64,000 nucleotides of DNA, taken from Acidimicrobiia bacterium (lineage in GTDB: Bacteria > Actinomycetota > Acidimicrobiia > Spongiisociales > ZC4RG35). Below, piece by piece: positions 36,531 through 45,696 of the stretch (its first letter is position 1; every line of letters begins with the position of its first letter). The position numbers and the translations under genes are program-made. A model generated the notes under the pieces. The model saw only the letters and a program-made list of their open reading frames with translations. It was not told where the DNA came from and made no database searches. The stretch spans positions 15,945-79,944 of the forward strand of contig WFOA01000010.1 in the NCBI GenBank assembly GCA_015488325.1, written 5' to 3'.

Positions 36531-38321
36531 TCAGAACGCCTCGACGGCCAGCTCCATGATCCGTCCGTCCTCGGATTCGGCTGCACGCCGGCGGGCGGCG
36601 ACCTGGGGTGCCACCGACCGCACGAAGAACCGGGCCGACTCCACCTTGCCGGCGTAGAAGGGGTCGTCGGCGACCTTGGGGGCGGCGACTTCGGCGTGGC
36701 GCAGGAGCAGCCACGCCACCACGACCTCGGCGAGGCTGAACAGAAGCGGAGTCGCGTGGAGGCCCGTCAGGTAGATCTCGGCCGGTTCGGTCTGGGATGC
36801 GACGAGGTGGCCGACCATCGCGCCCACATGGGCCTGGGCGTCGTCGAGCATCCGCCCCAACAGCTCCCGCTCGGCCGACACCGGGTCGTCGGCGCCTCCG
36901 GCCTTGACGAACTCGGCGATCTCGGCGGCGAGGGCGGCCACGGCCTGGCCCTGATCCCGTGCGATCTTGCGGAAGAACAGGTCGAGACCCTGGATGCCGG
37001 TCGTGCCTTCGTAGATGCTGTCGATCTTCGCGTCCCGGATGTACTGTTCCAGCGGGTAGTCCTTCAGGTATCCGGAACCTCCGAGGGTCTGAAGGGACAG
37101 GGAGAGCAGCTCGTACCCCTTCTCCGACGAGTACCCCTTGACCAGGGGCAGCAGCAGATCGTTGCGCCGCCGCCAGGTGTCGTCGTCGGGATGGAGGTGG
37201 ACCTGATCCTGCACCCAGGCCGTGTAGGCGACGAGGGCGCGCAGCCCTTCGGCCCAGGCCTTTTGGATCATCAGCATCCGCCGGACGTCGGGGTGGGCGA
37301 TGATCGGGACCCGCGGGGACGTCTTGTCGGCGGCCCTGGTGAGATCCGGACCTTGGATCCGCTCCTTGGCGTATTCGAGGGCGTTGAGGTAGCCGGTCGA
37401 CAGGGTCGCCATCGACTTGGCGCCGATCATCATCCGGGCGTGCTCGATGACCCGGAACATCTGGCGGATCCCGTCGTGAACACCCCCGACGAGGTATCCG
37501 ACTGCGGGACGGTCCATCCCGAGGGTCAGCTCGCAGGTCGCCGACCCGTTGATGCCCATCTTCTTCTCCAGGTTGGTGGCGACGATCCCGTTGCGTTCGC
37601 CGAGGGTTCCGTCGGGGTTCACCAGGAACTTGGGGACGATGAACAGGGAGAGCCCCTTCGTTCCGGGTCTCGCACCTTCGGGTCGGGCGAGGACCAGGTG
37701 GATGATGTTCTCGGCGCCGTCGTGTTCGCCTCCGGTGATGAACCGCTTCACCCCTTCGAGGTGGTACACGTCGCCGTCGACGTGGGTCGCCTTGGTCGTT
37801 CCGGCGCCGACGTCGGAGCCGGCGTCGGGTTCGGTGAGGACCATCGTCGCGGCCCAGCCCCGCTCGACCATCGTCCGGGCGAGGTCACGCTGGGCCGGCG
37901 TGCCCTCCTCCCACAGCACCCGGGCGAACAGTGGACCCGACGCGTAGAAGGTGATGGCCGGGTTCGCTCCGAGCAGGAACTCCTGGGTCGCCCAGAAGAT
38001 GGTGGGGGGCACCACCATGCCGCCGAGCTCTTCGGGGATCCCGAGCCGGTCCCAACCGGTTTCCCGCAGCAGCGCCAGGGCTCCCTTCACCTCGTCGGGG
38101 AGGTGGATCTCGCCGTCGGTCAGCTCGAGGGGGGTACGGTCGGCGAGGGCGAACGACCGGGCCCATTCCTCGCGGGCGAAACGTTCGACCTCCCGGAGGA
38201 TGTCGCGGGCCGTGTCGAGGTCGAGGTCGGAGAACGCGTCGAGGTGCTCTTGGATGCCCAGCACCTCGAACAGGTTGAATTCCAGGTCCCGCAGGTTCGA
38301 CCGGTAGTGGGTCATGGCCAT
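36531..38321 (-). CDS. acyl-CoA dehydrogenase, long form (FadE-like, ~596 aa)
   Basis: Starts MAMTHYRSNLRDLEFNLFEVLG. ACAD N-terminal, middle and C-terminal domains are all present. RBS-like GAAGGG lies upstream. Confidence 0.85.
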   Translation of the reverse strand: MAMTHYRSNLRDLEFNLFEVLGIQEHLDAFSDLDLDTARDILREVERFAREEWARSFALADRTPLELTDGEIHLPDEVKGALALLRETGWDRLGIPEELGGMVVPPTIFWATQEFLLGANPAITFYASGPLFARVLWEEGTPAQRDLARTMVERGWAATMVLTEPDAGSDVGAGTTKATHVDGDVYHLEGVKRFITGGEHDGAENIIHLVLARPEGARPGTKGLSLFIVPKFLVNPDGTLGERNGIVATNLEKKMGINGSATCELTLGMDRPAVGYLVGGVHDGIRQMFRVIEHARMMIGAKSMATLSTGYLNALEYAKERIQGPDLTRAADKTSPRVPIIAHPDVRRMLMIQKAWAEGLRALVAYTAWVQDQVHLHPDDDTWRRRNDLLLPLVKGYSSEKGYELLSLSLQTLGGSGYLKDYPLEQYIRDAKIDSIYEGTTGIQGLDLFFRKIARDQGQAVAALAAEIAEFVKAGGADDPVSAERELLGRMLDDAQAHVGAMVGHLVASQTEPAEIYLTGLHATPLLFSLAEVVVAWLLLRHAEVAAPKVADDPFYAGKVESARFFVRSVAPQVAARRRAAESEDGRIMELAVEAF

Positions 38322-38349
38322 CCCTTCTCTTTTCAGCACCCAGTCTAAT

Positions 38350-38365
38350 TTGAGTAATAGCTCAA
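38350..38365. promoter_or_regulatory. palindromic candidate TetR operator TTGAGTAATAGCTCAA in an AT-rich divergent intergenic region
   Basis: 5-bp inverted arms (TTGAG/CTCAA) around a 6-bp spacer, inside a local AT-rich patch (cagtctaatttgagtaatagctcaagaacattcg) between the TetR and acyl-CoA dehydrogenase genes. Confidence 0.5.
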
Positions 38366-38403
38366 GAACATTCGACCTCCGGGAACCTGGTACGGTCGCC
38401 ACC

Positions 38404-38949
38404 ATGAGGAACCGCGCCGGTATCGAGACCCGGGAGCGAATCCTGGAAGCGACCCGCACGCTCCTCTCCGAGCGAGGTCTGGAGGGCACCACCGTCAAGG
38501 CGATCTGCGAGGTCGCCGGGATCCTGGCCGGGAGCTTCTACAACCTGTTCGACTCGAAGGAGCAGGTGGTGCTGTCCGTCGTCGCCGAGGCGATCGCGGC
38601 CGTCGACCCCGACGGCCCGGGCCCCGAGAGCGTGGCCGAACTCGTCGAGGCGTACGTCCGGTTCGTCACCGAGGAACAGACCCTGGCGAGGGTGTACCTG
38701 GCCGTGGCGGTGAGCAAAGGCCTCCAAGACCCCGAGATGGCCCGACGGGTGCTCCGACACCACGAGCAGCGGGTCGAACGGTTCCGACGTGCCCTGGCCG
38801 CCGAAGGACTCGGCGAACCGGAGGCCTCCCTGCGGGCGGAGGCCGTCGCCGCCACGTTGGAGGGGTATGCCCTCCATGCCCTGTTGGACCCCGGCTTCGA
38901 TCTGGCCGCCCACGCCCTCAGGTTGGTGAACGAGACGGTGGGAGCATGA
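38404..38949 (+). CDS. TetR/AcrR-family transcriptional regulator
   Basis: Helix-turn-helix N-terminus (RERILEATRTLLSERGLEGTTVKAICEVAGILAGSFYNLF). Divergent from the acyl-CoA dehydrogenase genes. Confidence 0.85.
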   Translation: MRNRAGIETRERILEATRTLLSERGLEGTTVKAICEVAGILAGSFYNLFDSKEQVVLSVVAEAIAAVDPDGPGPESVAELVEAYVRFVTEEQTLARVYLAVAVSKGLQDPEMARRVLRHHEQRVERFRRALAAEGLGEPEASLRAEAVAATLEGYALHALLDPGFDLAAHALRLVNETVGA

Positions 38950-39557
38950 AGGTGGAGACGCTGCGGGACGACGACACCCTCGTCGTTCGACGGGTACCGT
39001 CGATCGGCCCCTTCGACAACAACGCCTACGTCGTCGGTACCCCCGGCGGGGCAGCAGCGGTGATCGACGCCGCTGCCGAACCGGAGCTGATCATCGAGGC
39101 CTGCGCCGGCCTGACACCGCAGATGATCGTCACCACCCACGGCCACCTCGACCACATCGGCGCCCTCGACGCCGTCCAAGAGGCCTTCGACATCCCGTTC
39201 CTCCTCCACCCGGCCGACACCGAGATCGCCCAACGCTCCCCCGACGCCCCCCTCGGCGACGGCCAGGAGATCGTCCTCGGCGACGTCGCCCTCCACGTCG
39301 TCCACACCCCGGGACACACCCCGGGTTCGGTCTGCTTCGTCGTCGAGCCCTTCCTGTTCTCCGGCGACACCCTCTTCCCGGGCGGTCCCGGCGCGACCCG
39401 GTGGGAGTACTCGAGCTTCGGCCAGATCATGGATTCGCTGGAACGGCGTCTGTTCACCCTCCCCGATCCCACCTTGGTCTACCCGGGCCACGGCGATCCG
39501 ACGACCATCGGCGCCGAACGTCCCCATCTGGACGAGTGGCGGGCGCGAGGTTGGTGA
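38946..39557 (+). CDS. MBL-fold metallo-hydrolase (glyoxalase-II-like)
   Basis: THGHLDH and HTPGHTPGS metal-binding motifs. Confidence 0.85.
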   Translation: MKVETLRDDDTLVVRRVPSIGPFDNNAYVVGTPGGAAAVIDAAAEPELIIEACAGLTPQMIVTTHGHLDHIGALDAVQEAFDIPFLLHPADTEIAQRSPDAPLGDGQEIVLGDVALHVVHTPGHTPGSVCFVVEPFLFSGDTLFPGGPGATRWEYSSFGQIMDSLERRLFTLPDPTLVYPGHGDPTTIGAERPHLDEWRARGW

Positions 39558-39582
39558 CCCCGAGGCGATAGGCTCGGGCGTC

Positions 39583-40506
39583 ATGGACTACGCCCTCATG
39601 ACCGAGCCGCAGATCGGCGGCACCTACGAACAGCTCCTCGAACTCGCCCGCTGGGCCGAGGCGGCCGGGATGGTCGCCTTCGCCCGTTCCGACCATCTCT
39701 ACTCGTCCCGGGAGCCTCGCCCCGACGCCACCGAGGCCTTCACCACCCTCGCCGGCCTCGCCCGGGAGACCGACCGGATCCGGCTCTGCGTGTTGGTGAC
39801 ACCGATCACGTTCCGTCACCCGGCGATCATCGCCAAGGCGGCCGCCACCATCGACCAGATGTCGGAGGGCCGCCTCGACCTGGGGATCGGAACCGGGTGG
39901 ATGGAGCTGGAACACGAGGCGTTCGGACTGACGTTCCCCCCGGAACGAGAGCGGTTCGAACGGCTGGAGGAGGCGATCCGCTACGTCCGCTCTGCCTTCG
40001 GAGACGACCACGCCCGCTTCGACGGACGCCACTATCACCTCGACGCCGAGGTGCGCCCCCGACCGTCGGGGACCCGCATCGTCGTGGGAGGCTCCGGTCC
40101 CCGCCGCACCCCCACCCTGGCCGGACGTTTCGCCGACGAGTACAACCATTTCCTCGCCCCACCGGAGACCATCGCCCCCAAGGTGGCGACGATGCGCCGG
40201 GCGGCAGAAGAGGCAGGTCGCGACCCCGAGGGGATCTGCGTGTCTGTGATGGGTCCCGTCGTGGCCGGCACCGACGAGGCGGACTACGCCGAGAGGCTGG
40301 CCCGGAGGGCGGCGAGCCGTGACCTGTCCCCGGCCGAATACGAGGAACGGCTGGTCGCGGCGGGCGTCCCGGTGGGCCCACCCGACCGACTGGCCGAGGC
40401 CGTCGGGGGTCTCGAAGCCGTCGGTGTCTCCAAGCTCTACCTGCAATGGGTCGACCTCGACGACCGCGAAGGCCTCGAAGCCACCTACCGGGCCCTCACC
40501 GGGTGA
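39583..40506 (+). CDS. LLM-class (luciferase-like) flavin/F420-dependent oxidoreductase
   Basis: Luciferase-like monooxygenase fold motifs (LDLGIGTGW, VVGGSGPRRTPTLAGRFADEYN). Confidence 0.8.
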   Translation: MDYALMTEPQIGGTYEQLLELARWAEAAGMVAFARSDHLYSSREPRPDATEAFTTLAGLARETDRIRLCVLVTPITFRHPAIIAKAAATIDQMSEGRLDLGIGTGWMELEHEAFGLTFPPERERFERLEEAIRYVRSAFGDDHARFDGRHYHLDAEVRPRPSGTRIVVGGSGPRRTPTLAGRFADEYNHFLAPPETIAPKVATMRRAAEEAGRDPEGICVSVMGPVVAGTDEADYAERLARRAASRDLSPAEYEERLVAAGVPVGPPDRLAEAVGGLEAVGVSKLYLQWVDLDDREGLEATYRALTG

Positions 40507-40548
40507 CGGCGAACCGAGACCGACGACGCCGTCGACACCCCCAAACCC

Positions 40549-41040
40549 TCAGCCGGTGCCGGGACGTTCCGCCACCTCGGCCACCACCGCCCCCGAGACC
40601 CGCAGGAGGTCGGCGACGGAGAGGGGGAACACCGTGTCCGGCGTCCCCGCCGCCACCCACACCGGATCGTGGCGGGCCAGCAGCGGGTCGGCGAACACCC
40701 GGAGCGGCTCCGGGAAGCCGAAGGGGGCCGTCCCGCCCGCGGCGAACCCCGTCGCCTCCCGCACCTCCTCCAAGGTGGCTCTCCGCACCTCGGTCCCCCC
40801 GGCGGCGACCGCCAGACGCTCGGGATCGAGCCTCCTGTCGCCGGGGACCAGCGCCACGACCGGCTCATCGTCGACCATGAACACGAGGGACTTCACGATC
40901 GCCGCCACCTCGCATCCGACCGCCCGAGCCGCCTGCTCCGCGGTCTTCGTCCCCTCCGGGAAGCGGTGGACCTCCATGGCCAGCCCGAGCTCCGAGGCGA
41001 CGTGTTGGAGACGACGGGTGGCGGCGGGGAACTCGGTCAC
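40549..41040 (-). CDS. YbaK/ProX-family aminoacyl-tRNA deacylase (Cys-tRNA(Pro) deacylase-like)
   Basis: Only the C-terminal 163 aa of the 472-aa track ORF are protein-like. The GTG start gives VTEFPAATRRLQHVASELGLAMEVHRF..., which aligns to the YbaK N-terminus. Conserved GGT.PFG motif is present. Confidence 0.7.
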   Translation of the reverse strand: MTEFPAATRRLQHVASELGLAMEVHRFPEGTKTAEQAARAVGCEVAAIVKSLVFMVDDEPVVALVPGDRRLDPERLAVAAGGTEVRRATLEEVREATGFAAGGTAPFGFPEPLRVFADPLLARHDPVWVAAGTPDTVFPLSVADLLRVSGAVVAEVAERPGTG

Positions 41041-41108
41041 GGCCCCCGAGACTAATGATTGCTCCGGAAACGGCCGATACTGGAGGGGATCCACGAGAGG
41101 GGAACGAC

Positions 41109-42201
41109 CGTGAAGACCCGCCTGCGCATCCTGGCAGCCGTGTTCGCCCTGACCGCGGCAGCGTGCGGCGGTGGCACACCCGCCGCCACCGACCCGGCCG
41201 CCCCGGCCGACGACACCACCTCCCCACCTGCGTCGGGGCCCCAGATCGCGCCGGCGTCGTTCCAGTACCACTACGACGACGTCGTCGAATACGCGTTGAC
41301 CCTCGACCAGACCCTGACGATGCGCGCCGACGGCGACGCCTCGGGTTTCGGCGACGGCCGGTACGAGCTGCCCGTCGAGATGGAAGCCGATGTGCGGGCG
41401 GACCTGACGCTGCGCTACGAGACGAGTCCCGGTCCCGACCCGGGCACCACCACCGTCCGCCTCACCTCCGAGGTGACGAACCTGGTCGTCGAAGGGACGA
41501 TCAACGGCGAGCCGGCGGCCGACACCGACATGGCCCAGCTCGGGCCGACCACCCTGCCACCGGTGGACGTCACCGTCATCGTGGACGAACGGGGCAACGT
41601 GGTGGAGATCGAGAGCTCCGGCGAAGATCTCGGAGCCCTCTTCGGCGGGCTCGGGAGCCTCGAGAACCTCGGCACCTCCCGGCTCGGCCGCCCCGTCGGC
41701 CCGGCCTTCCCCGAAGAGCCGGTGGGGGTGGGCGACACCTGGACGGAGACCACCGAGACGGAAGGCCCCGAAGGGCCCATCGTCACCCGGGCCACCCACA
41801 CCGTCGTCGGCACCGACGTCGTCGCCGGGCGGGACGTGCTCGTCGTCGAGAGCGTCTACGAGACCGACGGGTTCTCGTTCGACTTCACCGACTTCCTCCG
41901 AGGGTTCCTCGAAGGCTTCAGCGACGCCGCCGGCGAGGCCGGGGCACCCGACGAGGGGGAGCTCCAAGACATGCTCGAACAGCTCGTGTTCCGCATCGAC
42001 GTGGCGCCGACGACCAGCACCGTGACCTCCTGGTTCGATCCCGAACGGGGCCTCGTCGTCGAGGCCGACGGCAACGACGACACCGGAATGGCGATGCAGT
42101 TCCAGGGCCCCAACGAGGAGACGGGGGCGATGGAACGCCTCGACGTGGACATGTCGATCACCCAGTCGGTCTCCTACCGCCTCCTCGGCCCGGGCGCCTG
42201 A
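41109..42201 (+). CDS. secreted lipoprotein of unknown function
   Basis: GTG preceded by GAGAGGGGA. Signal peptide with lipobox (LTAAAC). Acidic Thr/Asp-rich mature protein. Confidence 0.7.
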
Positions 42202-42202
42202 G

Positions 42203-42229
42203 CGCGTCGACCTCGCAAGGGTCGACGCG
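42203..42229 (+). terminator. stem-loop (10-bp GC-rich stem, 7-nt loop) immediately after the lipoprotein stop codon; weak U-tract
   Basis: cgcgtcgacc-tcgcaag-ggtcgacgcg starts 2 nt after the TGA at 42199-42201. Downstream sequence is gcgccugcauuu. Confidence 0.4.
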
Positions 42230-42275
42230 GCGCCTGCATTTCCACTATCACGACCGTGGAATTTAGGCTGGGGCC

Positions 42276-43037
42276 GTGCGCACCGAGACCCCCCTCCTCC
42301 AGATCGAGAACCTCCACGCCGGGGTCGATGACGTCGAGATCCTCAAGGGCGTCGATCTCACGGTCGAACGCGGCCGCATCCACGTGCTGATGGGTCCCAA
42401 CGGCTCCGGCAAGTCCACCCTCGCCAACGTCCTCATGGGTCACCCCTCCTACGAGGTGACCGAAGGTCGCATCCTCTTCGACGGCGACGACGTCACCGAG
42501 ATGGCCCCGGACGAACGGGCACGGCGCGGCATGTTCCTCGCCTTCCAATACCCCGAAGCCATCCCCGGGGTCTCGGTGATCCAGTTCCTGCGCCAAGCCC
42601 TCTCCAACCGCCACGGCATCGACTACACGGTGCTGGAGCTGCGGCTCAAGGTGATGGACGCGATGAGAGAGCTGGGGATGGACTCCAGCTTCGCCGACCG
42701 CTACCTCAACGAGGGATTCAGCGGCGGTGAGCGGAAACGCAACGAGGTCCTGCAGATGGCGATCCTCGAGCCGACCCTCGCCATCTTGGACGAGACCGAC
42801 TCCGGTCTCGACATCGACGCCCTCAAGACCGTCGCCGAGGGGATCGACAAGCTCCGCCACCCGGACCGTGGTTTCCTCATCATCACCCACTACCAGCGGC
42901 TGTTGGACTACGTCACCCCCGACGACGTCCACGTCTTCATGGACGGCCGGGTCGTCGAGACCGGCGGCCCCGAGCTGGCGAAGCGACTCGAAGAGGAAGG
43001 GTACGAGGCCTTCCGCCGAACCGAGGTCCCCTCATGA
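42276..43037 (+). CDS. sufC: Fe-S cluster assembly ATPase SufC (copy 1)
   Basis: GPNGSGKST Walker A, LSGGERKR signature, ILDETDSGLD Walker B. Followed by sufS and sufU. Confidence 0.9.
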   Translation: MRTETPLLQIENLHAGVDDVEILKGVDLTVERGRIHVLMGPNGSGKSTLANVLMGHPSYEVTEGRILFDGDDVTEMAPDERARRGMFLAFQYPEAIPGVSVIQFLRQALSNRHGIDYTVLELRLKVMDAMRELGMDSSFADRYLNEGFSGGERKRNEVLQMAILEPTLAILDETDSGLDIDALKTVAEGIDKLRHPDRGFLIITHYQRLLDYVTPDDVHVFMDGRVVETGGPELAKRLEEEGYEAFRRTEVPS

Positions 43038-44263
43038 GCGGTCTCGAGCACCTCCGGGCAGATTTCCCGGTGCTCCAACGGGAGATCGGGGGCAAGCCGG
43101 TGCATTTCCTCGACTCCGCCGCCAGCTCCCAGAAGCCGACGAGCGTCCTGGAAGCGATGGACGACTTCTACCGGTGCTGTTACGCCAACGTCCACCGGGG
43201 GGCGTACGCCCTGTCGGTGGAGTCGACCGAACGGTACGAGGCGGCCCGGAGCAGGGTCGCCTCGTTCATCAACGCCTCCGATCCGACCCAGGTGGCCTTC
43301 GCCCGAGGTGCCACCAGTGCGCTGAACCTCATCGCCCACGGCTGGGGTGGCGAACACCTCCGCCCCGGTGATCGGGTGCTGCTCACCGAGATGGAACACC
43401 ACGCCAACCTGGTGCCTTGGCAGATGGTCGCCGCCCGTACGGGAGCCCGCCTCGATTTCGTCCCCCTCACCGACGACTACCGGCTCGACCTGGAGGCGTT
43501 GGAGCAGAAGCTGGACGACGACGTGGCCGTCGTCGGCGTGACCGGGATGTCGAACGTCCTCGGCACCATCCCCCCGATCCCCCGGATCGCCGAGGCGGCC
43601 CGGACCGTCGGTGCTCTCCTGGTCGTGGACGGAGCCCAGCTCGTACCCCACCAACCCGTCGACGTCCAGACCCTCGGAGCCGACTTCCTCGTCTTCTCGG
43701 CCCACAAGATGCTGGGTCCGACCGGCATCGGGGCCCTGTGGGGTCGCCCCGAACGTCTCGAGGAGATGGAACCCTACGAAGGGGGCGGGGAGATGATCGC
43801 CGACGTCCAGCTCCACACCTCGACCTGGGCGGCGATCCCCCACCGTTTCGAGGCGGGGACACCGCCGATCGCCGAAGCCGTTGGTTTCGCCGCCGCGGTC
43901 GACTACCTCGACAAGGTGGGGATGGACCAGGTCGCCGCCCACGACGCCGACCTCACCGCCTACGCCCTCCAGCTCCTCGCCGAGATCCCCCACGTCACCG
44001 TGTACGGACCCGCCGACGTCGACGCCCGGGGAGGGGTGATCTCCTTCACGATGGCGGACGTCCACCCCCACGACCTGGCCACGATCCTCGACCAGCAGGG
44101 CGTGTCGGTGCGGGCGGGACATCACTGTGCCAAGCCCCTGATGCGCCGTCTCTGCGTGCCCGCCACCGCCCGGGCCTCCTTCTACGTGTACAACACCCGG
44201 ACCGACGTGGACGCCCTGGTCGAGGCCCTGGGGGTCGCATCTCGGATCTTCGGGGTCGGGTGA
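43034..44263 (+). CDS. sufS: cysteine desulfurase SufS
   Basis: Class-V aminotransferase. PLP-lysine motif (FSAHKMLGPTGIGAL). Active-site Cys loop (RAGHHCAKPL). Overlaps the sufC stop. Confidence 0.9.
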   Translation: MSGLEHLRADFPVLQREIGGKPVHFLDSAASSQKPTSVLEAMDDFYRCCYANVHRGAYALSVESTERYEAARSRVASFINASDPTQVAFARGATSALNLIAHGWGGEHLRPGDRVLLTEMEHHANLVPWQMVAARTGARLDFVPLTDDYRLDLEALEQKLDDDVAVVGVTGMSNVLGTIPPIPRIAEAARTVGALLVVDGAQLVPHQPVDVQTLGADFLVFSAHKMLGPTGIGALWGRPERLEEMEPYEGGGEMIADVQLHTSTWAAIPHRFEAGTPPIAEAVGFAAAVDYLDKVGMDQVAAHDADLTAYALQLLAEIPHVTVYGPADVDARGGVISFTMADVHPHDLATILDQQGVSVRAGHHCAKPLMRRLCVPATARASFYVYNTRTDVDALVEALGVASRIFGVG

Positions 44264-44274
44264 GGGAGGCGGAG

Positions 44275-44730
44275 ATGTCACTCGAAGAGCTGTATCGAGA
44301 GGTCATCCTCGACCACTACCGCAACCCGCGTCATCGCAAACCCCTCGACCGGGCCGACGCCCACGCCGAAGGCGTCAACCCGCTGTGCGGCGACGAGGTG
44401 ACGGTCGAACTCGCCGTCACCGACGGGAGGATCAGCGACGTCGCCGCCATCGGCCAGGGATGTTCGATCAGCCAGTCCTCGGCTTCGATGATGACCGACG
44501 CGATCCTCGGCAAGACCGTCGAAGAGGTGCGGGACCTCATCCAACGGTTCAAGGCCATGATGGACATCGACCACGAAGCCGACCTGGGTCTCGACCCGGA
44601 TCGTCCGGGGGCGGTGTTGGGGGACCTGGAAGCCCTCCAGGGCGTGCGCCGCTACCCGGTCCGGATCAAGTGCGCCAACCTCCCCTGGACCACCCTCGCC
44701 CAGGCTCTCGACCAGCTCTCCGCCTCTTAG
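44275..44730 (+). CDS. sufU: SUF-type Fe-S assembly scaffold SufU/NifU-like
   Basis: ATG preceded by GGGAGG. MSLEELYREVILDHYRNPRH...NPLCGDEV...GQGCSISQSSASMM is the SufU signature with conserved cysteines. Absent from the ORF track as a separate ORF. Confidence 0.85.
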   Translation: MSLEELYREVILDHYRNPRHRKPLDRADAHAEGVNPLCGDEVTVELAVTDGRISDVAAIGQGCSISQSSASMMTDAILGKTVEEVRDLIQRFKAMMDIDHEADLGLDPDRPGAVLGDLEALQGVRRYPVRIKCANLPWTTLAQALDQLSAS

Positions 44731-44816
44731 GCTCTTCTTGACCTCCTGCTGATGCGCCCCTGAGTCGCATCCCGGCACGATGTCCACAGAACCGAGGGAT
44801 CAGTAGGAGGTCTCAC

Positions 44817-45692
44817 ATGGAACGAAAGATCTGGACCACGGCGGCGGCGCTCACCGTCGTTCTCGCCGTGACCGGCGTCGCCTGGGCAGGGCTGCCCCGC
44901 GCCGCCGAGACGAGCACCACCGTGACCGTGGAGAACGAGCTGGTGGCCCCGGCAGCCGACGCCGGCACCGTCACCCTCCGGAAAGTCGCCGCCGGCCTCG
45001 AGGTCGTGTCGGTGAGCCCGGCCGACGGCTGGGAGTACACCGTGAAACGTGCCGCCGGCCGGGAGGTCGAAGTCGACTTCCGAGCGATGGACGGGACGGT
45101 CGAGTTCGAGGCCGAGATCGACAACGGCCAGGTTCGCATCAAGGTGAAGGTCCGCGTGGACGCCGGTGCCTCCTCCACGACGACCGTCGATTCCACGTCC
45201 TCGACGGTGGACAGCACCTCCACCTCGGTGGCCGCCGGCCCCTCCACCACCGAGGCGGTGACGTCGACCACCATCGACGACAGCCCGTCCACCACGGTCG
45301 ACGATACGTCGCCGACCACCATCGACGACGACCGCACCACCTCGACCACGGTGTACGACGACGACGATGACGACGACCACACCACCTCGACCACGGTGTA
45401 CGACGACGATGACGACGACCGCACCACCTCGACCACGGTGGCGCAGGGCGATCCGGCCGACTTCGGCACCAAGGTCTACGACGTCGACGGCATCGGCACC
45501 GTCACCGTGGAACGGGACGCCGACGGCCTGACCCTCATCGCCGTCGTCTCCAACCCCGACTGGACGATCAACGTCGAGAAGGCCGGTCCGAAAGAGATCG
45601 AGATCGAGTTCAGGAACGGAGAGCTCGAGGTCAAGTTCGAAGCCGAGCTCGAGTACGGGGAGCTCCGGATCAAGATCGAGCGGGGTTCCTGA
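44817..45692 (+). CDS. secreted protein with two related ~60-aa beta-rich (PepSY-like) domains separated by an S/T/D-rich linker containing tandem repeats
   Basis: Signal peptide (AAALTVVLAVTGVAWA). N- and C-terminal domains are related (e.g. VEFEAEIDNGQVRIKVKV and LEVKFEAELEYGELRIKIE). Linker carries 45/42-bp in-frame tandem repeats. Confidence 0.75.
   Translation: MERKIWTTAAALTVVLAVTGVAWAGLPRAAETSTTVTVENELVAPAADAGTVTLRKVAAGLEVVSVSPADGWEYTVKRAAGREVEVDFRAMDGTVEFEAEIDNGQVRIKVKVRVDAGASSTTTVDSTSSTVDSTSTSVAAGPSTTEAVTSTTIDDSPSTTVDDTSPTTIDDDRTTSTTVYDDDDDDDHTTSTTVYDDDDDDRTTSTTVAQGDPADFGTKVYDVDGIGTVTVERDADGLTLIAVVSNPDWTINVEKAGPKEIEIEFRNGELEVKFEAELEYGELRIKIERGS
45331..45440 (+). repeat. in-frame tandem repeat (45-bp, 42-bp and a partial unit) encoding TTSTTVYDDDDDD(D)[HR]
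   Basis: accgcaccacctcgaccacggtgtacgacgacgacgatgacgacg is followed by accacaccacctcgaccacggtgtacgacgacgatgacgacg, then a partial third unit. The two full units differ by one GAC codon. Confidence 0.8.
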
Positions 45693-45696
45693 CCGG

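Noticed and set aside
40549-41967. Full 472-aa extent of the minus-strand ORF containing the YbaK-like deacylase
   Set aside because: Only the C-terminal 163 aa are protein-like and align to the YbaK N-terminus from a GTG at 41040. The upstream 300 aa overlap the divergent lipoprotein gene and have artefactual composition.
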